A model generated the notes under the pieces. It saw nothing but the letters and a program-made list of their open reading frames with translations, did not search any database and had not been told where the DNA came from. DNA of 64,000 nucleotides from assembly GCA_023432445.1 (NCBI GenBank), contig JAEYUP010000001.1:495907-559906 (forward strand), written 5' to 3'. Position numbers and translations under genes: made by a program. Every line of letters starts with the position of its first letter. Position 1 is the stretch's first letter. The stretch is from Candidatus Parcubacteria bacterium. GTDB lineage: Bacteria > Patescibacteriota > Saccharimonadia > Saccharimonadales > Saccharimonadaceae. Positions 63,221 to 64,000 of this stretch are shown here, one piece after another.

Positions 63221-63974
63221 AACTATTAGTCATAGGTTTAAAAACTGGCGCCGCTATGCTTTAGTTTTAGGCCTGCCGCTCTGGGCGTTTTTAGGCTTTA
63301 TATTAGCCCAGGCGCTGGTGTTTGCGCTTATTGCTGTTTTACAGGCCCTCAAAGTTCCAGTTGAAAATGTAAACCAAGCTATGCTTAGTACTATACTGGC
63401 GGCGGCGATTTACACTGTTTCGGTAGGCTTGGTGCTGATGGTTCCTTGGTGGGTTAAAAGGCGCCCTACGACCATCAAAGACCTAGGGCTAACAGCTAGT
63501 CCTAGCGGTCTGGACTTTTTATGGGCACCAGCAGGATACGTTGTCTACGCTATCGCCTCGGTTCTAGTAATGGCCTTGGCGACCATTGTTTTGCCCTTCG
63601 TTGATTTCCAACAAGTTCAGCAAACAGGCTTTAACGGCATCACGCAGCAGTACGAATTGATATTGGCCTTCGTGTCATTAGTGGTGGTAGCGCCTGTAGC
63701 CGAAGAGGTGCTATTTAGGGGCTATCTACTCGGCAAACTTCGTAAGCGAGCACCGCTATGGATCGCTATCTTGGTAACAAGTCTTACATTCGCTATCGTA
63801 CACTTTGCCTGGAATGTTGGTATCGATGTATTCGTGCTCAGTATCGTACTCTGCGTACTGAGAGTTATGACGGGAACTCTCTGGGCGCCCATCATGCTTC
63901 ACATGCTCAAAAATGGCATCGCATTCTATTTCCTCTTTATTAACCCGACACTTATCGGTACACTAGGAGGATAA
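63201..63974 (+). CDS. CPBP-family intramembrane glutamic endopeptidase (CAAX protease-like)
   Basis: PVAEEVLFRGYL, FAIVHF, MLHMLKN motifs across TM helices. Confidence 0.75.
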   Translation: MSQSFSETISHRFKNWRRYALVLGLPLWAFLGFILAQALVFALIAVLQALKVPVENVNQAMLSTILAAAIYTVSVGLVLMVPWWVKRRPTTIKDLGLTASPSGLDFLWAPAGYVVYAIASVLVMALATIVLPFVDFQQVQQTGFNGITQQYELILAFVSLVVVAPVAEEVLFRGYLLGKLRKRAPLWIAILVTSLTFAIVHFAWNVGIDVFVLSIVLCVLRVMTGTLWAPIMLHMLKNGIAFYFLFINPTLIGTLGG

Positions 63975-63976
63975 TG

Positions 63977-64000
63977 ATGCGAGTATCTCAATTATTTACA
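63977..64000 (+). CDS. 5' end of next ORF (possibly prolyl-tRNA synthetase), truncated by the window edge
   Basis: AGGAGG SD lies 6 nt upstream. M(M)RVSQLFT resembles ProRS N-termini, but only 8 codons are visible. Confidence 0.3.

Overview
Gene-dense chromosomal segment read on both strands without any search tools. Product calls rest on motif recognition and RNA ends are good to about +/-10 nt. The 16S rRNA carries the TM7-type C912U helix-27 change. The gene set is small and housekeeping-dominated, with LPXTG surface proteins, a type IV pilin and a T4SS-coupling-protein-like ATPase. Together these suggest a Saccharibacteria (TM7)/Patescibacteria genome; this is inference, not verified. In order, the window holds: a VirD4/TraD-like ATPase facing an LPXTG surface-protein operon; gyrB-gyrA; one rRNA locus (16S, tRNA-Ala, tRNA-Ile, an embedded ORF, an expanded 23S, 5S) that appears to be split into separately promoted units; cell-wall peptidases (VanY-like, M14-like); a KGG stress protein; a ROK kinase; a perfect-heptad repeat protein; rpsA, infB, def-fmt; a type IV pilin fused to a FISUMP domain; priA, recJ, rpsU, yqeY, adk, map, ftsA, ftsZ; a cysteine-less nrdR; a T-box leader plus ileS; a large beta-helix/Ig-like surface protein; a CAP-domain protein; rplU, parAB, lepB, an LCP protein, prmC-prfA, rpmE; a VKOR gene coupled to a DHODH-like gene; rpsB-tsf-frr-uppS-rseP; and a CPBP protease. 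No CRISPR array, transposase or integrase was recognised. The most unusual observations are: (1) a complete ASCH/YqfB-like domain inserted in the IleRS editing domain; (2) the pilin-FISUMP fusion; (3) NrdR without its four zinc-ribbon cysteines; (4) many genes with a -10 box 6-7 nt upstream of the start codon, implying leaderless mRNAs; (5) the fragmented rRNA locus with two 23S expansion segments; (6) a class-2-like DHODH with a class-1-type catalytic Cys, coupled to VKOR.
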